From Podospora anserina (lineage: Eukaryota), in contig CM030336.1 in assembly GCA_017654855.1 (NCBI GenBank), forward strand, positions 1,240,001-1,304,000: a DNA stretch of 64,000 nucleotides, in the 5' to 3' direction. Position 1 is the first letter of the stretch, and every line of letters begins with the position of its first letter. Under the pieces are notes generated by a model that did no database searches, was not told where the DNA came from, and saw only the letters and a list, made by a program, of their open reading frames with translations. Position numbers and translations under genes: made by a program. Shown here piece after piece: positions 10,862 to 23,020 of this stretch.

Positions 10862-13800
10862 TTAAAGTCGCTTGGCTATTTTCCAGTCACGAACATCATC
10901 AGTCGCAAACTTTGCTACCGACAAACCCCGCTTGGCACCTCTCGCAGGTATCATGTTCTCATAATCACGCCGGAGCTCCTCCACCATCACAACATTGAGA
11001 CCCAGTGGTTCCAACAAGGCGAAAGCCTCCTTGTTGAGGCTTTCGGGCAATATTCTGACAACCAAATCTCCACCACCAGCAAATTTACCTCTTTCAACTC
11101 GAGTCAGTCTAGAGAGTGACTTTGCAAATGTTTGAAGCACCATACGGCCACCAGCCAAGTCCTTGATGAGTTGTGGAACATTGTGTTGATGGTCGGCACC
11201 TCGGAGATTTTGTGACCAAGTCTCTGGCTCGGCCGCCTTCAACATGTGATCTAGGGTTGTCTCATAAGCTGTCGTATGTTTCGAGAAAAAAGGAAGGTAA
11301 ACCGCGTAGAGCAAGAAATTTAGCCATATGGGGATCGTGAACGTTTCTCCTTCGACCTTAATAAGGGCCAGACTGTTAACATTTGCACCATATCCAAGTA
11401 GAAGAAGAAATGCATCGTATTCCAAAGCTGTCATGAAGTCTGACAATGTTTTTGGAGGCGATGACGTGTTTTCATTCCCAAGGACCATTGAAGTTGTCAT
11501 TTCGACCAATTGTTGCCATGGTGTGCCCTGGCGAAGAGAGAAAATTCGTGTGTAGTGTGTGATGGTACACATTGCGGAGAGAATATTGCACTCCATCTCT
11601 CGCCCACCCTCACTTGGAAGAAAGGAGTCGTTGGGGCTGTACCCGGAATCCATGATAGCTTTAGCAACCCACCCAAAAGCCTCCTTGCTGGAGGGCGAAC
11701 GTTCAAAAATAACCGACAGTGGAGATTGGCATATGAATAGAGCGAACGACGACCTATCAAAGTAGGTGGTGCTAGGCAGCTTTGTGGCTAAATACCGCGC
11801 CAAACCAGCTCCCAGGACGTGGTAGCGATATAACACGCGTGCTATTGCGATGGTTTTGGTATCACGCACTTCACCATTCGCCTCCACTGTGCCAATGCTC
11901 ATGTCCATGTTGTCCAGTAAGGTGGTAGTGGAAAGGAGGGTCTCTCCGCCCATAGATTCCAACCTCCTAGCATAGTCCATCATATCCTTTACCATCTTGG
12001 CGAAAGGGGTTAGGGCAACCAGTGGATCTTCGGCTTTCGGGGCCTTTACGTAGGAAGTGAATGCAGGCGGCTGAAGCCAGCGAGACCGTTTTGTGTGGGC
12101 TATTGAAGCTCTCAGAAGAGAGAGAAGCGGGCAGAAATCGGTATTGTTGGTTTTTGCCTTTTCTTTCAGCGTTTGCTGCATCTCGGGGGTGGCGAGAAAG
12201 TCATAAAGAGTTCGGTGGAGAAACTCAATCTGATCATGATTGCGTTCTAGCAAACCCTTACACCAGCCGTTCACGCGCCGAAAGACACGGGCTGCCTGAG
12301 ATGTTCGTTGCTGTAGGGTAGCTATCATCCTCTCTGGCTCGCCGAGGGCATAATCTTCTTCCTCGTACTCTCTGTCGTGGAACATGTACATCTGTATATG
12401 AAGGGGCTTTTGCGCATGCAAAGCAAAAAGAAGTGCTCTCGCCATTCGATCTCGGTAGAAAGGGTCTACCGAGTCAAGTATGAGCCTGAAAAACGGTTCC
12501 AACTCGCTAGGAAAGCTTTCAAGACGTCTATTCAGATCTTGAATACTGTCGTCGTTGGTAAGGCCCTCGCGGAGAAGCCTAGTCACAAGCGTCACCCAAA
12601 GAAACACCCCGCTTGATTTGTCGATGATCTGCTGAACCAGGGAGTCTGCTTTGTCGCTGCCGGCCTCGGAGACAAGGCTGTCCCAACGAGGGTGAGACCG
12701 TAGCATGGTCTTCGTATATTGTTGTATGTCGGCTCGGGTGACATCCTGCATGTACAGCTTCGAGTCTGTGTCCCCTCCTAGCGCATTCTCGAAAACGTTC
12801 CACGGTCGGCTGGAAACACAAAGCTTGACACATGGTGAGCGGGAGAGGTCTTGGAGGGTCTCGCAGATATCCAAATGATCTCCTGCATATTCATCCAGGC
12901 CGTCTATGAAGAAGCAGAGTCTGGAATGCACAAGTTCTCGAGCAAGTTTCTTCAGGACAGACTGAAGTTCGGATTGCTTCCAAGGTTCCTGAATCTTCTC
13001 GTTCTTGTACCGCTGTGGCAACACCTTTCGAATGAGAGTCGGTTCTTGGGATAGGATCTTGTAAATAAGGGACCGAAACAAGCCCTCCAAAGACCGCTGG
13101 ATTGGAGTACCGTAGATTGTGAAGTAATGTGCTGCCAGAATGACCTCTTGGCCCTTAGACCACTGGGTCAACAGCTTTTGAGTGTTGGTATTGTCGGCAA
13201 TGAATTTTATAAAGGTCGACTTGCCAGAACCAGGTTTTCCAGACACCCAGAACAGTCCTCCGGACCCTGATAACCAACTGCAAATGCCACCAATGGCGTC
13301 CATGTTGCTGCCTTGAGATGGTGGGAATGCCCAGTGAAGAGTGACTGCGTGTGGCTCTGGTATTATGTCATGCCTGAGTGACAATTCAGGATAATGTAGA
13401 GACTTCAACACAGTGGCCTCAAGTACGTATTGTCGAGTATCCAGTGACAAGGCCGGAAGATCGATGCAGAGTTGGTTCAGGTCTTGAAGTTGAGTGTTGG
13501 GGCAGCCTTGGGGTCCTTGTACCAATTTTGTCAAGGGTTGCAGTGTATTAAGTATCTCTTTGTGTCTTAGAGAGTTGAAAGCCTCCCATTGTCGAAGGTC
13601 GGACTGCATCCGTTGGACCACTTCACTGCACAGTCGGAGAATGTCAGCTACAAGGCCTGAGCAATAGTATAAGTACCTATGATGGAGGACTGGCCAACCT
13701 TGTCGTAGCACATAGCTCAAGAATGATGCCGCTCCTATGATCGGAGATCCGTGAAATCAAAGCTTCAATCTCATTCGCCTTCCACACCTCTGCAATGGCG

Positions 13801-14138
13801 ATCTTGAAACTGGCCCAGCACTTCGACGCTTTGCCGTTCTGCGTCTTCGCCCTTAGCTTTGTCGTGATGGCCAAAAGCTTCTCGCAGTCCCTCTCGCACG
13901 CGTCGGCACGTGTGAGCATAGGCTCCCATTTCCTTGTGGAATAATTAGAAGAGGTGTCGCGTTTTAGTTGAGTCGTGAAATCTTGCAGTGTTCGACAAAT
14001 ATGATCAAGGTGAGCACTTTCCTCGCTAGAACTTCCAGATGACGCTAGGATCTTTCCAGCATTGCTGAAAAGCTTCCAAGTGAACTCCAGAAACTGCAGC
14101 ACATTGCCTGCCACGGCTAGTACGGCGACTGGCTCCAT
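10862..14138 (-). CDS. NACHT-domain NLR-like (STAND) protein with helical SesA/HeLo-like N-terminus, 2 exons
   Basis: N-terminus MEPVAVLAVAGNVLQFLEF; intron about 13628-13699 (GTTGGC..GCTGAC..CAG); Walker A FWVSGKPGSGKST; Walker B CFFIDGLDE; CVSSRPW; GVFLWV; FLHRT. Confidence 0.92.
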
Positions 14139-14872
14139 GGTAGACCAGAAGTTCGAAGAACGCAGAGCAGAGATTGCTGCTGGCGCAAAAGTGCTGAGGT
14201 GGCTCAACCTGAGAAAGCGGGCATCTCATTGTTTGGCGGTGAAAACACGGTGGTGGTGAGGTGGCAGAATGCGCATTCGGTGGTGGCTGTGCACCAGCAG
14301 CCTGGCACTATGCCTCGTGAAGGTGTTGGAGGTCGCGCCACAGCACATCCATCATGAAGTTGGACGTGTGTGGACGTGCATTTGCAGGCAGCTGCCGCCA
14401 TCTGCGGTCATTTGCTTTTGCAGTTTTCGCGTTTCAGCAACTCATCATTCCACACAATTCAAGAGATGAGGGTCATGAACAGAAGTCACAAAGTGTGTAG
14501 GTAGCCCAAGGTACGCATTTAATTATACATATCCCGATACTGTTGTTACGGCAAAGACCCGCACCATAGAAAGCTTATTCCCACCTCAACGTGCCCGCCA
14601 AGATCTTTGACTCTATTCCGACCGTTGGAGCGGTCGCTTCCGTCCCCCCAAGGCTCGCCAGACCCCCGTGTGCAACGTCGTCGCTCAAAACACCAAACGG
14701 GGCATCTCGGCAATGCTCCCTCCGAGCACTGGCGCTGAACCTGGAAGTTGCGGGCCGGCGGACAATCCATCCATGTTCATGGTAGCGGAATGCAGTGATA
14801 TAGCATCATGATCTTCGTCTTTCATTTCCTTTTTTCTTTTTCTTTTCTTCTTCACCTCAGGTCATCGCCAAG

Positions 14873-16287
14873 ATGAAGACTGTCGCGGTTCTTTCTCTGC
14901 TGGCCTCGTTGGCCTCGGCGGCTTCGCTGACGCTGGTCACGGAGAACTTTGGTCCTAACCCCCGCAACGTAAGTCGTCTTTCTCCAATGACAAAAGCAGT
15001 GTGCTGATAGTGATCCAGAACCCCTTCTACATCTACGTCCCCGACGTCCTCCCCCCCAACCCAGCCATCCTCGTCAACCCCCACTGGTGCCACGGCACCG
15101 CTCCCGCCGCCTTCTCCGGCTCCCAGTACGCCACCCTCGCCTCCCAGCATGGCTTCATCGTCATCTACCCCCAGTCCTCCCCCGCCCAAGCAAACTCGGA
15201 CAAGTGCTGGGATGTCTCCTCCAAGGAAACCCTCACCCACAACGGCGGCGGCGACTCCCTCGGTGTCGTCTCCATGGTCAAGTGGACAATCAACAAGTAC
15301 AACGCCGACCCCAAGCGCGTCTTCGTCACCGGTGTCTCCTCCGGCGGCATGATGACCCAGGTGTTGCTTGGATCTTACCCCGATGTGTTCGCTGCCGGTG
15401 CCGCCTTTGCTGGCGTTCCCTTTGGCTGCTTCGCCCCTGCTGGGAACAACACCGGCGCCTTTGGCTACTGGAGCGATGATTGCGCCAAGGGGAGGGTGAC
15501 CAAGACTCCGGCTCAGTGGGCCGACTTGGTCAAGAGCGCCTACCCGGGGTATGATGGGTGGAGGCCAAAGTTGCAGTTGTTCCACGGGACGAATGATGAG
15601 ATTTTGGATTATGTCAACCACCAGGAGGGGATTAAGCAGTGGGCTGAGGTGCTTGGGGTTGGGATCACACCTGTTAGTGTTACTCCTAATACTCCTATCA
15701 GCGGGTGGACGAAGAGTGTGTATGGTGCGGAGGGTTGGTTGGAGGGGTATAGCGCTGCCGGGGTGCCGCATGATATTCGGGTGCAGGAGGCGACGGTGAT
15801 GGCTTTCTTCGAGCTGGCTTGCAAGGGGGAGGATTGCTTCCGGTGGGGGGATAGCGAGTGGTGTGATGCTGAGCCTAGTGCTACGACGAGCTCGGTTGTG
15901 GTTTCGATGACGGGGGCGCCGGTTACGACGACGAGCACGAGCTCGACCAGTGTGAGAGTGACGACTCCTAGCGCTACTAGCACCAGCTCGAGGGTGACTA
16001 CCACGTTTGTGACTTCTACTTCTACCGCTGCGCCAGTTGCCGGCCAGCCTTTGTGGGCACAGTGGTGAGTTGTATTTGTTTGAACTTGAATTGATGTAGA
16101 TGGCAACTGACACAGAAACAGCGGCGGCATGGGATTCAACGGTCCAACAGCATGTGCCGTAGGAACCTGCACCATCTACAATCCCTATTACGCTCAGGTA
16201 AATCCCCAATAGCCCCGTCCTTCTTTTCAGGCCAGAGCTGACTCAAGGCTACAGTGCGTCCCAAGGACAGGGGTTCCCATCTGGTAA
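14873..16287 (+). CDS. Secreted CE1 acetyl xylan esterase (PHB-depolymerase-like) with Ser/Thr linker and C-terminal CBM1, 4 exons
   Basis: Signal peptide MKTVAVLSLLASLASA, nucleophile motif GVSSGG, FHGTNDE. Spliced C-terminus [33 protein letters not shown] is a CBM1. Confidence 0.92.
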
Positions 16288-16672
16288 CCATCTCGATGGT
16301 CACCAACATATCACCAAGTCATCGGACAAGCTTTACGTCAAATGAGTGTGTAAATATTGTCAAAGCTACATAAAGATTCCCCCAAATAAAAGTTTCAATC
16401 CACCCCCAACAATGCTGAGAAAACGCGCCGGTTGTCGAATATATTGCCGAGACCAGATTGAAGCATATTACAGGACCAGAGTTCATATCCCATCTCTATC
16501 CACTTTTCGAGACACCTCCATCGTACAATGACCCATCATCCTCCACATTATTATCCATCACAATCCCCAGTTTATATCCCAGGCGTCTGCTGGTCTCGCT
16601 CCCAAATGTACCTTGCAACTCGAAAGGCTTGGGGGGAGACACGGGACTTGTTGGTATCATCGCGGGAGGGCT

Positions 16673-16882
16673 TTAGACAGCAGCGATGGGGTTGGTGGCG
16701 GAGTTGCCAATGGTCTCGCCCAAGACGTTGGAAACGACTGGGATACCGGCGGCCACAGGGACAAGGACGGTGACATCGTCGACCGAGACATCGTTGTTGT
16801 TGAGGATATCGTCGTTCTGGGGAGTAGGAGCGGCCAAAGCCAAGGTGGCGAAGAGCATAAGAGCGATGGTGGTGAACTGCAT
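16673..16882 (-). CDS. Small secreted protein (69 aa, Cys-free)
   Basis: MQFTTIALMLFATLALAAP signal peptide, CAAAATG context, TATATAA upstream (about 17030). Confidence 0.7.
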   Translation of the reverse strand: MQFTTIALMLFATLALAAPTPQNDDILNNNDVSVDDVTVLVPVAAGIPVVSNVLGETIGNSATNPIAAV

Positions 16883-18176
16883 TTTGAAATTTGGGTTGGT
16901 GGTTGGGCTTTGGAAAAGCGTTAGAGAGTTGTGGTGAGAGTGAGGGAAGTTTGTGTGAGGGTGTTTGTTTGTGAATGTGTTGGATGCTGATGAGGAAAAG
17001 GATTCTGGATGAGAGGAGAGGAAGAGGTCTTATATACACATCTCTGTGCCTTGGATGGATGGTATATCGACGTTGCTCCCTTTGCTGGACTGTCAAGTGA
17101 TCGACGTCTCTATCCAGTCGCTGTAATTGCGACATTCAGCTCACAGAAGGCTTACTTGACACTTTGACATCTCATGTCGGACCGGTTTCAATTGCTTCCA
17201 GACATTCTGGCTGGTCCCTTGAGAAACGACACGTGCAGACACATGTGCCCTTGACCAGATTTGGCGTTGTGCTCGTGGCTGCTGAGTGATGAGCGGTGTC
17301 GAGTATGCCGTGCGCTTGGACGTTGGTTTCTCACAGACATATAGCCAAGATCGAGGCCACGAGGATCTCACCGTGCAAGGGGCTCCAAAGACGCGGGAGC
17401 TCCCGCACCCGTCGGACGTTTATTTCTCCTTTTGGTGAAGTTGTTTCGGATGACTGGCGGGGGATCTATTGATAATAGAGAAGCAATTGGGTCGATACCA
17501 AGGATGAGCAGGTCTCGTTGCAAGACGGCACGAATGCAGGGTCGCTTGCGGACAAAAATCCTCCAATCAGGATTCTCCAACCTCTACTTTGAAGCCTCAA
17601 ATGGAAATGGATAGCGAGCTCTCCCTTCCCAAGACATACCCTACAGGACGGCCTGCAACATGGTAGATCTCAATTCAGCATGTGTTGGCAGAAAAAGAAA
17701 GGCACCAGAGTCGGTCAAGAAAGCAAAGGAATTCAGCCAAAGCCTTGCAATCCTCCAACTTGCTCATATTTTGAAACCCGCACTTTCATGAACAGAATAT
17801 GTTTGATGACTGAACCGGGCCGAAGTGGGCTTTTTTGAGTTGGCTCGTGGCCAACCTTGCACCACCAAAAACACCGGGAAGACTCCAACTCAAATCGAGC
17901 ACGACTCGGGAAGTAGGCGCTACCTATTAGGGGCCTATGAAGTCACCACGACATCGGCATGACGTTGTAGTCACATTGAGATGATGCCATGATGCCCTGT
18001 GCCAGGCCCCTTAAAACTCTCTCCTCCTGCTCGTGTTCCCATTGTTTCCAGACACAGTTCATCGCATCACAACCTGGAACATAGGTAACTTCTGCGCCTG
18101 TTCACAAACCATCACCACACAAAAGCCACCGCCATCCAAGCTTCATCCACCACTGGACCCCTAATAAACAGCCAAA

Positions 18177-18931
18177 ATGGTCTTCACCTTCCCCGCAGAC
18201 CTCTACTCCACCGACCCCAACTTCACCACCCTCTTCCGCCTCCTCGACGATTTCGACACCTACTCCCGCGAAGTCCAAGATGAATCAGCCTCCACCCCAG
18301 CCCCTGCCTCACGCGGAGGCCGTCACCGCCGCGGCCCCCGCCCCCGCTTCGGTAGGTACCTCTACCACATCCCCCAAGCACTCTTGTTAACCCGTCCCAC
18401 AACTCAGACATCCGTGAGACCCCCAAATCCTACGAAATCTACGGCGAAGTCCCCGGCATGTCCCGCTCCGACATCCACATTGAACTAACCCAGGAAAACG
18501 TCCTCCTCATCCGGGGCCACGTCGAGCGCCCCTACGACACCACCCCCTCCAACAAAACCAAGGCTAAGCCCGTCACCGTCACTGGCGAGAAGTGCGACGA
18601 TTGTGACTGCGGGCCTGGTAAGCCGTGTGAGGAGTGTGACAAGGCCAAGTGTGAGTGTACACAGGGGAAGCATTGCAATGTCTGTGGGATGGATACCTGT
18701 CCCAAGCATGAAGGGGAGGGGGCGGCCAAGGCAGAGGGGAAGAAGGATGGGAGCGAGACGATTCGGTATCTGTTGAAGGAGAGGTTCGTTGGGGATTTCA
18801 GCAGGGAGTTTGCCTTTCCGGGGCCGCTGCAGGAGTTTGATATTGGGGCTAGCTTGGAGGATGGGATTTTGAAGGTTGTGGTGCCGAAGCAGGAGGTTGC
18901 CAAGGGCGGGAGGAAGATTGAGATTCAGTAG
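18177..18931 (+). CDS. Small heat shock protein (Hsp20/Hsp30 family) with Cys-rich insertion, 2 exons
   Basis: LFRLLDDFD, spliced PRFDIRET..YEIYGEVPG (intron about 18352-18408), ERFVGDFSREFAFP, ASLEDGILKVVVPK, KIEIQ (IxI motif). Confidence 0.92.
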
Positions 18932-19133
18932 ATGAGAAACGGTAGATGAGAAAGGTGTGGTTAGTGTAGTAGATATGTTATGTACAAGTATGGGGAAAGG
19001 TATCATGTTTGCTCGTAAATCTTGACCGTCATTCATATGTCCTTTGCTGTCTGGTGGTTGTCAGGATCAAGTCTCACGATGTCATGTTGAACCAAAAGAA
19101 AAAAAAGACATACCTCAAACTCCACTTCCCCTG

Positions 19134-19622
19134 CTAATACCTGGACCTGGACCTGGACCTGGTGCTGTACACCCTCGCAGGGCGACTCACTTCCCTAACC
19201 TCAATACTCCGGCTCCTGCTCCGGCTGCTCCTCGACCTGCCACGTCCATGATGGTGGTGGTGATGATGATGACCGTGCCTACTCCCGCTCCTCACTTTCT
19301 CCTCATGGTAATAGCTCGGCTGCCTGTTCCTCTGGGACAGATACTTGATGAGCCAAATAATGAGAATAACCGCGACGAGAGTTCCGATGACGATGCCGGC
19401 GATCTCGCCTCCGTTCAAACCACCGCCCCCACCAGCAACAACCACTGCCTCGGTGTTGGTGGTGGTGGGAGCGATGTAGATTGTCTGAGTCTCTTGCAGG
19501 ACCTGAACCGTGGGGTCAGGGAGGTCAGTCGGGATGGGACCCCAGACGGTGACTGTCGCGACCTGGCGGACGTTGACTTGGCGGATTTGGTTTTGTGCCG
19601 CGGGTGCGATTGGTGGCGCCAT
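19134..19622 (-). CDS. Single-pass membrane protein with His/Arg-Ser-rich cytoplasmic tail
   Basis: GLNGGEIAGIVIGTLVAVILIIWLI TM helix, followed by poly-His and RSRS repeats. Confidence 0.75.
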   Translation of the reverse strand: MAPPIAPAAQNQIRQVNVRQVATVTVWGPIPTDLPDPTVQVLQETQTIYIAPTTTNTEAVVVAGGGGGLNGGEIAGIVIGTLVAVILIIWLIKYLSQRNRQPSYYHEEKVRSGSRHGHHHHHHHHGRGRSRSSRSRSRSIEVREVSRPARVYSTRSRSRSRY

Positions 19623-20644
19623 GGTTGGTGATGTCTGTCCTGAAAGACGACGAGAATTCGCTGCTTGGGTATGTGATTTCGTGAGTGAGATGGATGAACC
19701 TGATCAGCAAAAGGGACGAGGAGATGGTGGGGACTGATTACCGCTTTTAAAAAGTCAGCCAACATTTTCCTGTTCCTGTGCCTGCTTGAATGGGCGCCCA
19801 GTGGTGATGTCATTGAGGCCGGTTGGGCCCAGTGGGCGCGATGTAACACCCCCAGTCGAAGGAATGCCAAGATACCTGACGAGCCAATGCGATTGCGAAG
19901 ATGGCGCAGGCTTGCATGGTATGGTGGTTGGAATGTGATAGCCAATGAGAGAGCGCAACAAAATGTTATTATAGCTTTCATGTGGCTTTATTAGCCACAT
20001 GAGAAATATGCTGAAGTTGTCAAAAGTATAAACGCAGATCCAGATTCGACAAAAAGCCTCCCTCCAACTGATTGGTTTGTCTTCAACACAACCAAACGAT
20101 TCCCGGTAACGCAGAAAAGAAAAAAGAAAAAACACAAACGTGCCTCCCAAAATCCGATGAAATGCTAAGTTGAGTTTCGCGAACGATGTCTGTAGTTTCG
20201 AAGGCAAATGACATGGCTGTTGGGGATAGGAAGGGCGAAGGCGTTTCCCATCATGTTCCGAAGTGTTTGTTGGGATGTTGCTGTGAACCACCTCGCAAGA
20301 GGCGTGCTGTGTCTGTGTCTGTGTCCGATATTTGTTGTCTAAAAGCATGAAAGGAATATATGAAAGATAGCCGTAGCCGTCCGAGAGAAATTGCGACCGA
20401 AATTCCACAAAAGTCCACCCGACCCGACCCGACCCATCATGCCATCACCTGTGCTGCTGATGCCTGACATTTCCCAGCCATGTCATGAAATGTTTGTTTT
20501 GTTTCTCCCTCTCCATACCCTTCATGAGAATGTAACAAATGAACACAAGAAAAAAACCAAGATCGCGAATATTATTTCATGTACCCTGTCATTCCATCCA
20601 ATTTTGAACATCCAAAGTCATATCATCGCTGGAAGACTTCCAGC

Positions 20645-23020
20645 TTACTGCGGAACCAAGACCGCGAGCTGGTAGGTCTGGCCAGCCCTGATGTTGGTGA
20701 TGCGAGCCTCTGGAAGGGTTTGGCCTCCCTGCCTAACGGTGACCTGGTCGACATCGGCACGGCGAATGTCGAGGTGGAAGGTGGCACCGCGGAATTGGCG
20801 GGTCACCCTGATCGAGTTCCAGGCACTTGGGAGCTGAGGCTTGACGGTCAAGCCCTTGTCGTCGCCGCGAAGACCGCACAGGCCTTCGATGAAGCAGCGG
20901 TACACCCAGGATACCGTGCCCGTGTTGAACAGCTGGCTGGAGCGGCCAGCTGTCCGCGGGAACTCCTTCCAAGCGCCACGGTAGTAGTTGGGGATGTAAA
21001 TCGGGAGCTGGCCACGCTGGCGATAGTCGGCATCGCTCGGCCCCGGAATGAGCTGCCGCAGCAAAGTGTAGGCCCTGTCCTGTTCGCCTCCGAGGCTGTA
21101 CAGGCTGTGGACGAAAAAGACACCGGCGTGGTTGTACACGGCGGCGTTCTCGGCCGAGCCAATGGCCTTTTGGGTCACACGGCCGATATCCTCGCGCATC
21201 TTGGTGAAAGGCGGGGCAAACATTTGAATGCCGTATGGGGTGTTGAGATGCTCGTCGACCTGAGGCAGAATCCTGGATATTTGCTCCTTGCCGGCGGCGC
21301 CACTGAGGATGGCAAAGGTCTGGGGGTTGAGCCAGATGCGACCCTCGGGGTCCTTCTTGATACCAAAGGTGACGTTGTCGTCAGTGATACCACGAGCAAA
21401 CCAGTCGCCGTCCCACAGGTGCTTGTTGGCCGCCTCGTTGCACGCCGCGGCACCCGCTCGGTAGCGCTGGGCAAGGTCGGTCCTGCCTTCGTGCTCGCAA
21501 ACGTTGGCCCAGAGGTTCGCGGCAAAGGCCGTCGCCAAGGTGAGCCAGCCGGAAACACCCCTGCCCTTGTAGCCGACCATATTCATGGGATCACACCAGT
21601 CGCCTTGGGCAATGTAGCTGAGACCGCGTTCGTCACGTAACCTCAGGAGCCAATCCATGGCACGGCTGAACCTCTCAAAGACGGTGAACTCGTCGCCGTT
21701 GGAGCTGCGGACTTTCTCCTGGAGCAAACCATAATCGCCAGTCTCGGCCAAGTACACCTCGAGGGTCACGGGCAGCCAGACACAGTGATCGGTGTGGGGG
21801 ATCTGGTTGATGTACTTGAGTTCAGCACCCTCGGCCAGAAGAATGCCATCGGGCATGGCGCCGCTCTCTTCCTGCTGTGAGACGGCAGTGATGAAAGCCT
21901 TCCTGGTGACCTCTGGCTTGATGAAGTTCATGCCCATGTTGTCCTGGAGGTAGTTGCGCGTCTGCGGGTCGGTGGTGAGGCGGTTGACGTCGCCATGGTA
22001 GTAGACCTGGCGAGGGAGCCAGTTGTTGACAAAGTTGTCCAGATCCTTGTCCGGAGTCTCGATGCGGAGGCAGCCCTGGCCGCGAGCCATGTAAGAAGCA
22101 TACTCGTCAGCGGTGCGAATAAAGGCTTGCTTGCTCAGATAGCGAGTGCGCATGGTCCGGATCTCGGCTTCGTCATAGGCGGGGCCAAACATGAAGCGGT
22201 ACTCGCGCTCGTCTCCCGCCTTAAGCGCCAAGCGGTACTGCACGGCGGCTGTCGGGGTCTCGTAGCGCGCGTCACCACAGCTCAGCTGCGGCTCTTGCAG
22301 CCCTGACGGGTTGTGGAGCCCACCTTCACCCTCGAAGTTTTGTTGGTTGGCCTCCCATGAGTCTGGCGTCGTCTCACAGATGAAATATGTCTTGTCCTTG
22401 AGATACTTGTTCTTGAAGTACTCGGCCGCCTTTTGGTACGGAGTCACGCTGCTGGCGACGATGCCGACCAGCTCCTCGTTCCACTCGGCCGACTGGTTCA
22501 TCCAGGACTTGTAGCCAATGGGAAAATACGGAGTAACACTGATCCTGCGCGGACGTCCAGACACATTGGTCACCTTGATGGTCCACAGCTCGGCCACATC
22601 GTGAGTCGGCAGACCCATCACCATCTCGACACGGATGCCGTTGGACTCGACTGCCCAGGCCACGTCGCTCTTGCCAGTAGAGAAAACGAATCGGTCCGGA
22701 ACGGTACGAACGGGCTCATGGGGGGCAGAGAAGAGGTGCCCTGACTCTTCGTCCTTGATGTACACAAAACGACCTGGGTGATGGGCGTAGTAGTTTGGCT
22801 CCGGCTGCATGAAGGTTTTGGCCTCAAGATTCGGAGCATGGGCGTACTTGGCCGGCTCTGGCTGCATGAACTGAGCGGTGGCATATCCACGGCAGGTGAT
22901 CTGGACCATCATCTTCTGGTTCCACAGGAAGCCAGCTGCCTTGGGCATGACAGTAGGACTGGTGAGCTCGTAGCGGTCGCCATTGTGCGTGGGACGCAAT
23001 ATCGTCGCTTCTTTTCTCAT
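20645..23020 (-). CDS. GH94 glycoside phosphorylase, cellobionic acid phosphorylase (NdvB-like)
   Basis: Intronless 791 aa. QGDWCDPMN catalytic region, [27 protein letters not shown] are characteristic of the GH94 cellobionate phosphorylase clade. Confidence 0.9.
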   Translation of the reverse strand: MRKEATILRPTHNGDRYELTSPTVMPKAAGFLWNQKMMVQITCRGYATAQFMQPEPAKYAHAPNLEAKTFMQPEPNYYAHHPGRFVYIKDEESGHLFSAPHEPVRTVPDRFVFSTGKSDVAWAVESNGIRVEMVMGLPTHDVAELWTIKVTNVSGRPRRISVTPYFPIGYKSWMNQSAEWNEELVGIVASSVTPYQKAAEYFKNKYLKDKTYFICETTPDSWEANQQNFEGEGGLHNPSGLQEPQLSCGDARYETPTAAVQYRLALKAGDEREYRFMFGPAYDEAEIRTMRTRYLSKQAFIRTADEYASYMARGQGCLRIETPDKDLDNFVNNWLPRQVYYHGDVNRLTTDPQTRNYLQDNMGMNFIKPEVTRKAFITAVSQQEESGAMPDGILLAEGAELKYINQIPHTDHCVWLPVTLEVYLAETGDYGLLQEKVRSSNGDEFTVFERFSRAMDWLLRLRDERGLSYIAQGDWCDPMNMVGYKGRGVSGWLTLATAFAANLWANVCEHEGRTDLAQRYRAGAAACNEAANKHLWDGDWFARGITDDNVTFGIKKDPEGRIWLNPQTFAILSGAAGKEQISRILPQVDEHLNTPYGIQMFAPPFTKMREDIGRVTQKAIGSAENAAVYNHAGVFFVHSLYSLGGEQDRAYTLLRQLIPGPSDADYRQRGQLPIYIPNYYRGAWKEFPRTAGRSSQLFNTGTVSWVYRCFIEGLCGLRGDDKGLTVKPQLPSAWNSIRVTRQFRGATFHLDIRRADVDQVTVRQGGQTLPEARITNIRAGQTYQLAVLVPQ

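Noticed and set aside
14857-16209. 450-aa antisense ORF (likewise 20579-21640 and 51726-52516)
   Set aside because: Shadow ORFs opposite well-supported genes, explained by codon bias.
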